From a virus (Duplodnaviria; Caudoviricetes), in the IMG/VR virus record IMGVR_UViG_3300019754_000008, positions 1 through 44,273 of that record: DNA of 44,273 nt, one strand, 5' to 3'. Within the stretch, counting starts at the first letter, position 1; each line of letters opens with the position of its first letter. The position numbers and the translations under genes were made by a program. Positions 1 through 9,363 of the stretch are shown here, piece after piece. The notes beneath the pieces were generated by a model. That model was not told the DNA's origin. It was given only the letters and a program-made list of their open reading frames with translations, and did no database searches.

Positions 1-1718
1 CGAGTGCGAAGGCTATTAATTACCTCGCTTCATCACAGTATGACTCAAGGCATTCAGATGATGCAGTAGATTTTGTTCAGGCATATGTAGCCACACCACA
101 GATGGTTACTAATAAGGGTTTTAATGAGTATTATAACATACCGAACCCTATACCTGCTGGGCAATCAAACGAGATGTACAAGAAGCTATCAACAAGATTA
201 GCATCAGATGAGACGATTAATCAGGACTTATACTTAGCTGCGATGAAGAAATTTAATGAGTTTCATCAGCGTAAAACACTGGCAGAGCTCTCTTCACAAC
301 ATACAGATAGAATGATTAAAAATACTAACGGGCTATGGAGATATGACAAGGATAAGCAGACAGCCACATACACAGCAACACATAAGATATATAAAACGAA
401 AGCATCAGTATTCTACGATTTAGATACAGGAGAATATTTACTTACATATAAAAATGGTAAGGCTGAGTCTAGGCTACATAAATACAAGAGTAGAACAGCA
501 TACATTGATGCAGCAGAGAAAATAGTAGCGACATCAAGACAAGCTATAACACAGTCTACAGCGAAGATACGAGCACTAAATTTAATATCAGATTACAAGA
601 AGAAAGAGGGCTTTGATGAGCCTAATAACACATATAATTCTGCATACATAAACTCATATCTTAAGGCGTTTTATGGTGCTAAGTCTACATCATACTCAGA
701 GGAAAGACTTAACAAATTCCTTAAGCTATTAAAGTATATGTGGGGCGAGAACTATGAGTATATACTTGATACTACGAAGTATAGGTATACAAAGTTTCAA
801 TTCTCTCCTGTTATTACATACTTTAATGGTTCTGAGGGTTCAGGTAAAGATGTAAGCATTGATATTCTTACTAGAGGGTTTTCAATGCCACCACAAAATC
901 TAAGCTTTGCACTAATGAGTGATAAACACTCTAACTGGCAGACATCAGATAATGCAATCTTCTCGGAGATAGGGTCGTGGAGAGGTTATGAGATATCATC
1001 AACTATAGCTGAAATGAAGAGCATATCAGGCTCTAATGGCAAGGTAACATTTAGAGGTATGCAGCAAACAGCATTAGTTAAGAATACACTAATAAAGATT
1101 TGGGTTACAGGCAATGAGTGGACAAAGCTTCATACTGACCCTACAGCACAGAGAAGACTTCATGTAGTATATATGCCTAGACCACTTAGTGTGGAACAAG
1201 GTGGTAACTATACACAGAATGATTTACAGGAGCTTCTTAGTGACCAATGTCTTAATGACTTCTATCATTGGCTAGGTAATATTTATGAGTATTCACCTAA
1301 CTTTACAATAGATAAGTATATGTCTGCAGCTTCACAACAACATACTGAAGCATATAGACTATATATACAATCAACTCAGGGTATTTCTGATATAGTTACT
1401 GAGCTTTTATGGACTCAGAAATATGATGATACAATTAAAGCAATAGGTAAGTACGGTATAACACTATCTGATGTTGATTATAAGTATAGTAGAGCTGGTA
1501 ACATACATATAACTATAACCAGCTTAAAAGATGCTCTATCAGCTGGAGGCGCAAAACCACTTGTGCTTAAGATAGTAGATAGACTATCAGCAGAAAAAGA
1601 AGACTCGAAAAGACTCAAGTTTGACTCTGGCTTGCATAAGTATATAACAATATATAATTGCCCTAAGCAGAGTGTTGAAGCAGTAGATATTAATAGTGAA
1701 GAAGGAGATGGTTTATGA
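1..1718 (+). CDS. C-terminal part of primase-polymerase/helicase (D5/VirE-like P-loop helicase); continues from 43712-44273
   Basis: Frame is open from base 3 to the ATG at 102. Walker A GSEGSGKD, Walker B-like IFSE, then 'VTGN' and 'RRL' motifs. Confidence 0.85.
   Translation, partial: SAKAINYLASSQYDSRHSDDAVDFVQAYVATPQMVTNKGFNEYYNIPNPIPAGQSNEMYKKLSTRLASDETINQDLYLAAMKKFNEFHQRKTLAELSSQHTDRMIKNTNGLWRYDKDKQTATYTATHKIYKTKASVFYDLDTGEYLLTYKNGKAESRLHKYKSRTAYIDAAEKIVATSRQAITQSTAKIRALNLISDYKKKEGFDEPNNTYNSAYINSYLKAFYGAKSTSYSEERLNKFLKLLKYMWGENYEYILDTTKYRYTKFQFSPVITYFNGSEGSGKDVSIDILTRGFSMPPQNLSFALMSDKHSNWQTSDNAIFSEIGSWRGYEISSTIAEMKSISGSNGKVTFRGMQQTALVKNTLIKIWVTGNEWTKLHTDPTAQRRLHVVYMPRPLSVEQGGNYTQNDLQELLSDQCLNDFYHWLGNIYEYSPNFTIDKYMSAASQQHTEAYRLYIQSTQGISDIVTELLWTQKYDDTIKAIGKYGITLSDVDYKYSRAGNIHITITSLKDALSAGGAKPLVLKIVDRLSAEKEDSKRLKFDSGLHKYITIYNCPKQSVEAVDINSEEGDGL
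1699..1718 (+). repeat. 20-bp direct repeat copy 1 (AAGAAGGAGATGGTTTATGA)
   Basis: Identical to 2008-2027; contains the RBS and start codon. Confidence 0.9.
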
Positions 1719-2002
1719 CAAAAGAAAATTTAATGCTAATATGTTTAGCAGAAGAGTGTGGTGAGGTTATACAAGCAGTAACTAAGATACTTAGATTTGG
1801 TTTAGATAGTAAGGCAAAAGAGTATGATGATACTAACAGAGAGGAGCTCAGAAAAGAGCTTAATGACGTTATGGCTATATCTATAAAGCTTACAAATATG
1901 GAAGTTATTGGCAACTTTGACGATTATGAGTTAATAGAGAAAAAATTAATTAAACTTAATAAGTATGAGCAAGTATCTACAGAATTAGGCATATTGCAAT
2001 GA
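1715..2002 (+). CDS. MazG-like nucleotide pyrophosphohydrolase
   Basis: LAEECGEVIQAVTK...ELRKELNDV (EExxE...ExxD all-alpha NTP-PPase pattern). Confidence 0.75.
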   Translation: MTKENLMLICLAEECGEVIQAVTKILRFGLDSKAKEYDDTNREELRKELNDVMAISIKLTNMEVIGNFDDYELIEKKLIKLNKYEQVSTELGILQ

Positions 2003-2007
2003 GTGCA

Positions 2008-2027
2008 AAGAAGGAGATGGTTTATGA
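2008..2027 (+). repeat. 20-bp direct repeat copy 2
   Basis: Identical to 1699-1718. Confidence 0.9.
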
Positions 2028-2257
2028 TTATGAGTTTTAAGGCTATAAGCGAGCAGCATCCTGATTATGATGAAGTAATTAGAAAGGGTAGGTTTAGAGG
2101 CTGTAAAAAAGGACGTCCAGTTATTATACCTGGCTATAGAGATAGCGATTGCACAACAGCTCTTAGAAAACTAAAGCATATTTTAGAGCAAGTACCTAAT
2201 AGTAAAGTATTATTGCATACACGTACAGTACTTAGCATAGAAATAAAGGAAGCATAA
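2024..2257 (+). CDS. Hypothetical protein
   Basis: ORF; start moved to ATG 2024, downstream of AAGGAG; stop overlaps the next start. Confidence 0.65.
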   Translation: MIMSFKAISEQHPDYDEVIRKGRFRGCKKGRPVIIPGYRDSDCTTALRKLKHILEQVPNSKVLLHTRTVLSIEIKEA

Positions 2258-2559
2258 TGATAAGATATATTTGCCCTGTTTGTGGGCATTCAGGTGCACA
2301 CGGTGTAGATATGAAAGCACCATTATGTGATAAGTGTAACTATAAAGTTACTATGGTTGCTGCAGATGTACATACAAAACTAGCAAAAGAGCTAGGTGTA
2401 AGTAGAGCAATAGCAAAAGAGATAAATTTTGGCTATTTATATGGCAAAAAATACACTTCAGATATGAATAAAGAAGCACTTAAAGATTTTGGTGCTGGTT
2501 TGCAAAATAAAGTAGATAGGACTATATTTACTAATGTTAATGCAGAAAAGCTAAAATAA
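2257..2559 (+). CDS. Zn-ribbon protein containing an isolated DNA polymerase A fingers/motif B segment
   Basis: CPVC...CDKC followed by DVHTKLAKELGVSRAIAKEINFGYLYG. Confidence 0.7.
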   Translation: MIRYICPVCGHSGAHGVDMKAPLCDKCNYKVTMVAADVHTKLAKELGVSRAIAKEINFGYLYGKKYTSDMNKEALKDFGAGLQNKVDRTIFTNVNAEKLK

Positions 2560-2582
2560 ATATTATAAAATTTAATTTTATT

Positions 2583-2603
2583 TTAAGATTATTATGATAT
2601 AAT
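2583..2603 (+). promoter_or_regulatory. Sigma70-type extended -10 promoter (TTAAGA..TATGATATAAT)
   Basis: Motif recurs upstream of many operons; AAGGA RBS follows. Confidence 0.8.
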
Positions 2604-2630
2604 ATTATATAAAGAAAGAAAGGATAGAAG

Positions 2631-2897
2631 ATGGCTTATACAGGCTTAAAGAAAACAAGGCAAGATTACATTAAGTATAGTGAATTAAACATACTTACTA
2701 AATATGTGTATAATAATGTAGATTACGAGATGTTTGATAAAGCACTTAGGTCATATATGCCTAATATAAATGATAGCTATGTTATGGAAAAATGGAAAAT
2801 GTTTCAAAAGGCACAAATGAATTTTGTTGGTACTTTTGACAAAAAGTTCTTTTATTTTATCTATAATAAAATGATAGAGCAAAACTATAAAGGGTAA
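2631..2897 (+). CDS. Hypothetical early protein
   Basis: ORF with AAGGA RBS after a promoter. Confidence 0.75.
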   Translation: MAYTGLKKTRQDYIKYSELNILTKYVYNNVDYEMFDKALRSYMPNINDSYVMEKWKMFQKAQMNFVGTFDKKFFYFIYNKMIEQNYKG

Positions 2898-2899
2898 AA

Positions 2900-3187
2900 A
2901 TGAAAGAAGTAAAATATTTTGCTGGTTGCTTATACCATCAATGTTTAGCAGAATTCTTAGTAGAGTATTCCTCTGATTACACAGAAGTACCTAGTGGTAC
3001 ATTATTTACAATAGCAGGTACAGATAATGCAGTTACTTTAAATGGGTTAAGAACATACATTGAAAATAATATTGATGGCTGTATAAAAGAAGATTTATGG
3101 AATGAGTTTTATGTTATTGAGGTAGCTGCACGATACCCAGATTTAATACATGTATGGAAAAAAATAGAAATAAAGGATTTATTGTGA
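2900..3187 (+). CDS. Hypothetical protein
   Basis: Tightly packed ORF. Confidence 0.7.
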   Translation: MKEVKYFAGCLYHQCLAEFLVEYSSDYTEVPSGTLFTIAGTDNAVTLNGLRTYIENNIDGCIKEDLWNEFYVIEVAARYPDLIHVWKKIEIKDLL

Positions 3188-3495
3188 AGAAAAGTATATA
3201 TGTAATTATACTACTATGTAGTGTATTAGCATTAATATTACTTCCATCTGTATATGATTTTACTTTGCTTAAGGAGGTTGATAACATATTGCAGGCATAT
3301 GGAGGTTACTTATGGTGTGGTACAGGTTTATTAGGTTGGCTCATAGTATGTTTTCGTGATATTATAAACCCTGAGGTAAAGATAGGTGAAGATGCAGCAG
3401 CTGGTCAATTGTTTGTTATAGCATTAGTAATGGGCCCTTTGTTATTTCCTTTAATATTTTTTATGCTTATTGAGCTCCATACTATGGAAGATTAG
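3184..3495 (+). CDS. Small membrane protein (paralogue of 4000-4209)
   Basis: Likely GTG start at 3184 after AAGGA; three hydrophobic segments. Confidence 0.7.
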   Translation: MKKSIYVIILLCSVLALILLPSVYDFTLLKEVDNILQAYGGYLWCGTGLLGWLIVCFRDIINPEVKIGEDAAAGQLFVIALVMGPLLFPLIFFMLIELHTMED

Positions 3496-3569
3496 AAGTA
3501 GTTTATTAGAGTGTATTAAGGTACACTCTGACAAGCTTCGGCTTAGATTAACTCTTAGGAGAACACACA

Positions 3570-3803
3570 ATGGAAAAGAAAATAGGTTTATTTGCTGCAG
3601 CAGCAGGATTACTAGGTAGTTTAGGTACAATAGATGGTATGACTAAAAAGTCATATAGTATTAAGCATGGTAAGGGCCATAATGCAAAAGGTAAGAAAAA
3701 TACTTACAGTCAGAGTATACAATTTTCAGATAATGAAAGATTGCCTGATGGTAGACATGTTTGGTTTAAAAGAAATGGTGAAATGATAAGAAGGAGTATG
3801 TAA
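3570..3803 (+). CDS. Hypothetical basic protein with hydrophobic N-terminus
   Basis: ORF with AGGAG RBS. Confidence 0.7.
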   Translation: MEKKIGLFAAAAGLLGSLGTIDGMTKKSYSIKHGKGHNAKGKKNTYSQSIQFSDNERLPDGRHVWFKRNGEMIRRSM

Positions 3804-4003
3804 TGAGTAATAAAACAGACTTACTTGCTTCAAAGTTTATAATTTCAACACCTAATGTATTTAAACATGTAAATGGCGATGAAATAACTCTTGAAGTAAT
3901 AGCAAAGGACATTGATGAAGCAACAGAGAAGTTTTATACTTATCTTATGGAAGAGTTTAATTATGAACCTGATTTAATTAGTATAAAAAGGCTACAGAGA
4001 TGA
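3803..4003 (+). CDS. Hypothetical protein
   Basis: Coupled ORF (TAATG). Confidence 0.7.
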   Translation: MSNKTDLLASKFIISTPNVFKHVNGDEITLEVIAKDIDEATEKFYTYLMEEFNYEPDLISIKRLQR

Positions 4004-4209
4004 TAGAAGAGTATAAAGCAATACTTTGGATAGGCTCTGGCTTACTATTCTGGTTAATAGACTACATAGTAGTTAAAATACATGGTGGCCAAATTAAGGA
4101 TAATGCAGCTGTTGTACAAGCATTAATAATTTCATTATGCTTAGGGCCAATAACGTTTTTGCTATTTATAATAGCAATAATACTAGATAAAATGAAGGGT
4201 AATAAATGA
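4000..4209 (+). CDS. Small membrane protein (paralogue of 3184-3495)
   Basis: Two hydrophobic helices; shares LWxGxGLLxWLI and LGP motifs. Confidence 0.7.
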   Translation: MIEEYKAILWIGSGLLFWLIDYIVVKIHGGQIKDNAAVVQALIISLCLGPITFLLFIIAIILDKMKGNK

Positions 4210-4856
4210 CATTAGGACAAATACTAGACAATGGGTATTCGTTTGCAGCAAGGCCACATTGGCATGCTAACAACCAACAATTATGCATAAACATAAAGAC
4301 TATGGAATATGTAAGAATGGGTGTTGGCACTGGCACCTGGCCTACTCAGGAAACAAGAAGTAGAGGTGATTTTAAGCCATGTAGTTATGATGGTGTAATA
4401 ATTGATAAATATAAAGTGAAAAAGGAAAAAGAAATGAGCAAAGATGTAAATTATGTAGGTGGAGAGTATAAAGTAGTAGGTGTTAAATATGTGGATAGTG
4501 GTCTTAATAAGTACTACTTTAAAATTGATGCAGACATTGAAGTTGAAGAAGGCACTTTATTAGTAGTAGAGGCTAAAAATGGTTATGGTATAGCTAATGT
4601 AGTAGAAGTAGTAGCTAACTCAATAGAAAATGCAGATGCAATAGCTAGAGCAACAGCATGGGTTGTTGATATTATTGACACATCACGACAAGATGAAAGA
4701 AAAGATGCTACTAAGAAAAGAAAGTACATCATACAACAACTTGAAGAACGAAAGAAAGCAATGGAAGCAGTAAGTGTATATCAAGCATTAGCTAATGTAG
4801 ATGAAGAAAGTGCTAAGTTGCTTGAAGAACTAAAAAGCTTAGAAGGTGTGAAATGA
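4206..4856 (+). CDS. Hypothetical phage protein with C-terminal coiled coil
   Basis: ORF; possible second start at MSKDV after AAGGA. Confidence 0.75.
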   Translation: MTLGQILDNGYSFAARPHWHANNQQLCINIKTMEYVRMGVGTGTWPTQETRSRGDFKPCSYDGVIIDKYKVKKEKEMSKDVNYVGGEYKVVGVKYVDSGLNKYYFKIDADIEVEEGTLLVVEAKNGYGIANVVEVVANSIENADAIARATAWVVDIIDTSRQDERKDATKKRKYIIQQLEERKKAMEAVSVYQALANVDEESAKLLEELKSLEGVK

Positions 4857-5149
4857 TTAGAGAGCAAACAGTGAATGCAATTGACAAAGTATCTTATACT
4901 GAAAAAGAAAGAAGCGGCGGCTTAAATGCATTAAATAATGCTATACAAAATTTAAGTAAAGTAGAAAATGCAGTAAACCATCTGTACAGAATAATAACTG
5001 AAGGTAATATACCTACAGAAGAAAAAACTAGTGTTTGTATGCAACATATGCCTTTAGTTACTCTTTTAGAAGAAGGGCCTGCTTATATAGAAAGCCATAT
5101 AGGTTATACTACTTCTAAGTTAGAAGATATAGTACAAAAATTAAATTAA
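4853..5149 (+). CDS. Hypothetical protein
   Basis: Coupled ORF. Confidence 0.7.
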   Translation: MIREQTVNAIDKVSYTEKERSGGLNALNNAIQNLSKVENAVNHLYRIITEGNIPTEEKTSVCMQHMPLVTLLEEGPAYIESHIGYTTSKLEDIVQKLN

Positions 5150-5159
5150 GGGGAGTGAA

Positions 5160-5765
5160 ATGAAAGTATACAGAGTAGAATTTAATGCTGATTATTCTCA
5201 AATAAGTGAAAACAAAAAGTTAAGCAATTTACACTTTAAGTGGAGGAAGGACTCTTCATACCCAGGGTATAATTACAACCCAAAAACAGAAGAAGATAAA
5301 CTTAAACAAAAGAAACTTAAGGAAGCTTGGGAGGCTTTACCTTTAAAGGAAGCAATGAAAAAGTATCCTAACAAGGTTGAGTTAGGTTATGGTGAAAGAG
5401 AGCAAATACTATCCTTAGAGCAATATGAGTCTTGTTATTCTTACTGTACTATAAAGCAGATACTTGAGTTTGATACTGAAGCGCAAGTACATGCAATAGA
5501 CTTAGATAAGTTAGCTAGTAAAATAAAAGACTCACTAATTGGTTCTAATGGAGACAAGCTATTTAATAATAGATTGGAAATACACCAACCAGACATGCCG
5601 TTATTTACTTATAACAGGTTTATACACTTAGATGATTGCTGCACAGATATACTGCAAGAGGATTATATAAATAAAGGTTATAGAGTTGTTGCTTGTGTGC
5701 CACAACCAGACCAAAGAAGACCTGACTATATACTAGGTAAATATGTAAAGGCAGACAATGACTAA
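5160..5765 (+). CDS. Hypothetical phage protein
   Basis: ORF; C-terminal DCCTDILQ...QRRPDYILG segment. Confidence 0.75.
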   Translation: MKVYRVEFNADYSQISENKKLSNLHFKWRKDSSYPGYNYNPKTEEDKLKQKKLKEAWEALPLKEAMKKYPNKVELGYGEREQILSLEQYESCYSYCTIKQILEFDTEAQVHAIDLDKLASKIKDSLIGSNGDKLFNNRLEIHQPDMPLFTYNRFIHLDDCCTDILQEDYINKGYRVVACVPQPDQRRPDYILGKYVKADND

Positions 5766-5839
5766 GTTATATAGTGGAAGCTATACAACTGTTTCACAAT
5801 ATGTAAAATACTGAGTATGTGTAGCATACAAGTAGTAAA

Positions 5840-6133
5840 ATGGTAAAAATGAAGCTAATTAATATAGATGAAGCAGACCTGCATAACGAAACTCTAGCTA
5901 GTGATAATGACTATGCTAGAGTTAGGGTTGGGCTATTGAGAGACTTAAAACACAACAGTGATAGCTATAAGAAACTTGTTGAAAAATACTCTACACTATC
6001 AGATAAATATGAAAGTTTAGCTAGTAGATATACAGATATGTTAGAGATGGAGAATATACAGAGAAAGAGAGCTTATGCACTAAATGAGCAATTAGAAGCT
6101 TATGAGTCTATAAGACTAGATATTAAAGGATAG
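5840..6133 (+). CDS. Hypothetical coiled-coil protein
   Basis: ORF; start may be 5849. Confidence 0.65.
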   Translation: MVKMKLINIDEADLHNETLASDNDYARVRVGLLRDLKHNSDSYKKLVEKYSTLSDKYESLASRYTDMLEMENIQRKRAYALNEQLEAYESIRLDIKG

Positions 6134-6136
6134 AAC

Positions 6137-6400
6137 ATGAAACTAGCAGACAGAATAAGTGTCTTAATACTAGCACTCATAGTTATAATGTTTTTAGCGC
6201 TGCTTACACCTATAAGCGCTAAAGAACCTAACTCTGTAATTCAAGCTAAATGTTGGGGTGAAGTAAACAATAAGTATTGCAAGATTAGAACTAAAGACAA
6301 TAAAATATACTGGGACGGTAAGTGGCGAGAGGGTTATTATATCTCTCATGTTGTGGAAACTGAGCAAGGGTTTCAGTTAATGATTATAAAGGATAAATAG
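6137..6400 (+). CDS. Hypothetical protein with N-terminal signal or TM segment
   Basis: Hydrophobic residues ~7-27. Confidence 0.7.
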   Translation: MKLADRISVLILALIVIMFLALLTPISAKEPNSVIQAKCWGEVNNKYCKIRTKDNKIYWDGKWREGYYISHVVETEQGFQLMIIKDK

Positions 6401-6567
6401 TGAAATATAAAAAAAGGAATGAAATTTAAGGCAAAAAAATCTAATTCTATAATTATACTTCTAAATAAAAAAGTGGCAATAAGCACTGGAACACAAAGAA
6501 ATTATCTAGTGGTAAAGCACATATGGTGCATGAGGGAACACTAGCTAAATTTTATGAACTAATATAA
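6400..6567 (+). pseudogene. 55-aa gene broken by compensating +1/-1 poly-A length changes (or sequencing error)
   Basis: GTG 6400 and TAA 6567 are in frame. Changing A7 to A6 at 6409-6415 and A6 to A7 at 6467-6472 restores MKYKKGMKFKAKKSNS...HEGTLAKFYELI. Confidence 0.6.
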
Positions 6568-6577
6568 AGGATAAATA

Positions 6578-6916
6578 ATGAGTAAAATATTTAATTGGGA
6601 AACAGCAGAGTACCCATGTTTTGGTGTAGCAGCAGATGAAGTAGTGTGGTTTAGTGAATACGGAGTAGGGCATGTTACACAACAATATTTTGCCCTTAGA
6701 AAAAAAGGGTACTTTTCAACTACTTGGAATATGGCTTTCTTTAAACCATATACACCACCTAAGCCAAAAACTAAGTTATGGTATTGGGAAATAATGGATG
6801 TAGATGGAGACTGGACTATGTATATTCACAGGATGTCAGAAGCTGAAATACAAAAAGTATTAGGGAATGGCTACAAAAAACTTGAAGCATTAGGCTTTAT
6901 AGAAGTAGAGGAGTAG
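6578..6916 (+). CDS. Hypothetical protein
   Basis: ORF with AAGGA RBS. Confidence 0.75.
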   Translation: MSKIFNWETAEYPCFGVAADEVVWFSEYGVGHVTQQYFALRKKGYFSTTWNMAFFKPYTPPKPKTKLWYWEIMDVDGDWTMYIHRMSEAEIQKVLGNGYKKLEALGFIEVEE

Positions 6917-6919
6917 GTT

Positions 6920-7384
6920 ATGGATAAAGAACAATTACAAGCTAACATAGACATAATGAAGCTAGAGATAGCTAAGATGGAAGCTCAGATGAAAGAGAGC
7001 GATAAGGTGGTATTAGAGTATAAAGACTGTCAGCTTGTTATAAATAATGAAATAGTATTTAGTAGAGGGCAATGTGAAGCAAACCTTTTATTTGCAAGAT
7101 ACAGAGACACTAAAGAACAAGCAGAAGAAACTATACTTAGAGAACTACAAGCTAATCGTATAGAGGCATTAGCTAAGAAGTTAGAGCCTGATTGGAAAGC
7201 TGATTGGAATAACAATGAACAAAGAAAGTGTACTATACTCTTTGACCATGTGGATGAAGACTACTATCATGAGGAGCTTACATTAGTTCAACACATTGGA
7301 GTTCCATGTATGTCAAAACAAACAGCAGAAACTATATGTGATTATTTGAATAGTGGCAGATATAGCTTAGATAAGGAGGATTGA
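6920..7384 (+). CDS. Hypothetical protein
   Basis: ORF with GAGGAG RBS. Confidence 0.75.
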   Translation: MDKEQLQANIDIMKLEIAKMEAQMKESDKVVLEYKDCQLVINNEIVFSRGQCEANLLFARYRDTKEQAEETILRELQANRIEALAKKLEPDWKADWNNNEQRKCTILFDHVDEDYYHEELTLVQHIGVPCMSKQTAETICDYLNSGRYSLDKED

Positions 7385-7385
7385 G

Positions 7386-7637
7386 ATGAAAGTAATATAT
7401 ATAAAACCTGCTTATAGCCTTAACATACAAACAGTAGAAGTTATAGAAGACCTTGACGAAAATACAAAGTTATGTAAGTGTGCAGGTAAGTTTATACTTG
7501 TTGATAAAAAAGAGGTTTTAACAAGCAAAGAAGCTAAGCTTTATATAGAGCTAAACAGACTCGAAACTGAAATAAAAGAAAAAAGAGATAGAGCTAATTA
7601 CATAATTAAGGAATTAGAAATAATATATACTATATAA
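7386..7637 (+). CDS. Hypothetical protein
   Basis: ORF with AAGGAGG RBS. Confidence 0.7.
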   Translation: MKVIYIKPAYSLNIQTVEVIEDLDENTKLCKCAGKFILVDKKEVLTSKEAKLYIELNRLETEIKEKRDRANYIIKELEIIYTI

Positions 7638-7663
7638 AGTATACCTATTAGGAGAATAAAAAA

Positions 7664-7930
7664 ATGAGTGAAGCAGATAAAGAACAAATCATACTTTTAA
7701 ATAAGTACATAAAAAGAAAAGTTGATATACTAGATACTATATTTTATGTAGAGTGCATCCAATGCCAGCATGTATTTAAAGTAGATAGTAAAATGTCTAT
7801 GAGTAGGAGGAAGTTTTGCAATAAGTGTAGGGCAGAAAGAAACAAGAATAGCTTTAGGAGACTTGTAAAAAATAACGAAGACATTGGCTGGGAGAAATAC
7901 AAAAGATGTAACAAAATGGCAAAGGAATAA
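7664..7930 (+). CDS. Zn-finger protein
   Basis: CIQC...FCNKC. Confidence 0.65.
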   Translation: MSEADKEQIILLNKYIKRKVDILDTIFYVECIQCQHVFKVDSKMSMSRRKFCNKCRAERNKNSFRRLVKNNEDIGWEKYKRCNKMAKE

Positions 7931-7931
7931 C

Positions 7932-8096
7932 ATGAGAGAAAGAGTATACGACAATACAGTAAACCTAGTTTTAATAAAAAATAGAAAACAAAAAGAGTGG
8001 CACTATAAAGCACAAAGAGCACCAAAAGTAACAACATGCATACAAAACAAGCAAACCACAAATAGCACTTATAAAGAAGCTATTAGTAAAGTATAA
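7932..8096 (+). CDS. Small hypothetical protein
   Basis: ATG 7932 after AAGGA; fills the gap between neighbours. Confidence 0.55.
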   Translation: MRERVYDNTVNLVLIKNRKQKEWHYKAQRAPKVTTCIQNKQTTNSTYKEAISKV

Positions 8097-8114
8097 TAAA
8101 CTAAAGGATATTTA

Positions 8115-9353
8115 ATGAATGTAGAAATTAACTATACTACTGGTTATGCTGGTACTGGTAAGTCTACTGATTTAATTAAGAAAGTTAAAACTCTTAATAT
8201 AGACACTACAGTAGTTATAGCACCTACTCATAAAGCACTAAATAGGCTTAGAGGTAGTATAGATGAAAAGCAAGAGATTAAGACTATACACTCTTTATTA
8301 GGGTGGATACCAACTATTAATGAGAATGCTAAAAGAGTAGAGCATATTGACTCTACTTATAAGCTTAAGCTTCCTTTAGATAATTATACTGATATAGTTA
8401 TTGATGAAGCAGGAATGATGTCAGAAGAAATGCTTTTCGATATTATAAGTAAGTTTGACATGTTAGGGTATGATGCAGAAGGCAATGTAGATAATCCTGA
8501 GTTAGCTAATGCTACTGTTACTCTTCACTTATACTTAGATTTATACCAGCTTCTTCCTGTTAAAGGTGTACAGATACAGATAGATGAAGATGCTACTAAA
8601 AGGCTGGAAACGCAATATAGAAGTGAGTCGCCAGATGTTGTTGATTTGTACACTAAGTTTGTTCACTATTTAGATGGTACTAACTCAAGCATAGATATGC
8701 CTTTAGATAGGCATTCAATATACTCAGAAAATATTAAACAATTTAATACAAATGAGTTTAGAAAAGGTGATAGATTACTAGCATATACTAATAAGGCTGT
8801 AGGTGCTTGGAATAAACACTTAGCTAAGAAGTTAGGTATTACTGGGTTTGACAATCAGGAGGTGCAGTTAGGTTCTATGGTTGATACTGTTACAGTACAC
8901 TCATTTATAGAGTACAATAGTACTGAAGATATAGTAGCTGACTTTACATCAGGAAGGCTTAAATTACAGAATTCACAGATAAGCCCTAAGTTCTTAGAGT
9001 ATTCATTATCGGCATTAATTAAGCACCCAAAGATTAAATTTATAGTAAGCAATAAAAATATAGTATACCCGGTTATAGTAGGTATAGCTGAAGCTAATAA
9101 AATTATGAAAGCAGCTAAAGAGAAAGCAATAGAAGATAGGAAACAGTTTAAGCATGTATATACTTTAGACAGAGCTTACACTATGGACTATACTTTTGCA
9201 ACAACTGTTCATAAAAGTCAAGGCTCAGAGTTTAACAATGTATTTGTAGATGCTAAAGATATAGCACTATCTATATTGCCTAATTACTATGATACTTATG
9301 CTAGATTAATGTATGTATCTATTAGTAGATGTATTAAAACATTGTACATATAA
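8115..9353 (+). CDS. Dda/RecD-like SF1B DNA helicase
   Basis: GYAGTGKS, APTHKA, TIHSLL, IDEAGM, TVHKSQGSEF, YVSISR. Confidence 0.92.
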   Translation: MNVEINYTTGYAGTGKSTDLIKKVKTLNIDTTVVIAPTHKALNRLRGSIDEKQEIKTIHSLLGWIPTINENAKRVEHIDSTYKLKLPLDNYTDIVIDEAGMMSEEMLFDIISKFDMLGYDAEGNVDNPELANATVTLHLYLDLYQLLPVKGVQIQIDEDATKRLETQYRSESPDVVDLYTKFVHYLDGTNSSIDMPLDRHSIYSENIKQFNTNEFRKGDRLLAYTNKAVGAWNKHLAKKLGITGFDNQEVQLGSMVDTVTVHSFIEYNSTEDIVADFTSGRLKLQNSQISPKFLEYSLSALIKHPKIKFIVSNKNIVYPVIVGIAEANKIMKAAKEKAIEDRKQFKHVYTLDRAYTMDYTFATTVHKSQGSEFNNVFVDAKDIALSILPNYYDTYARLMYVSISRCIKTLYI

Positions 9354-9363
9354 GGAGAACAAA

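Noticed and set aside
5758-5846. Possible tiny frameshifted ORF between two genes
   Set aside because: Under 30 codons even if repaired; no supporting motif
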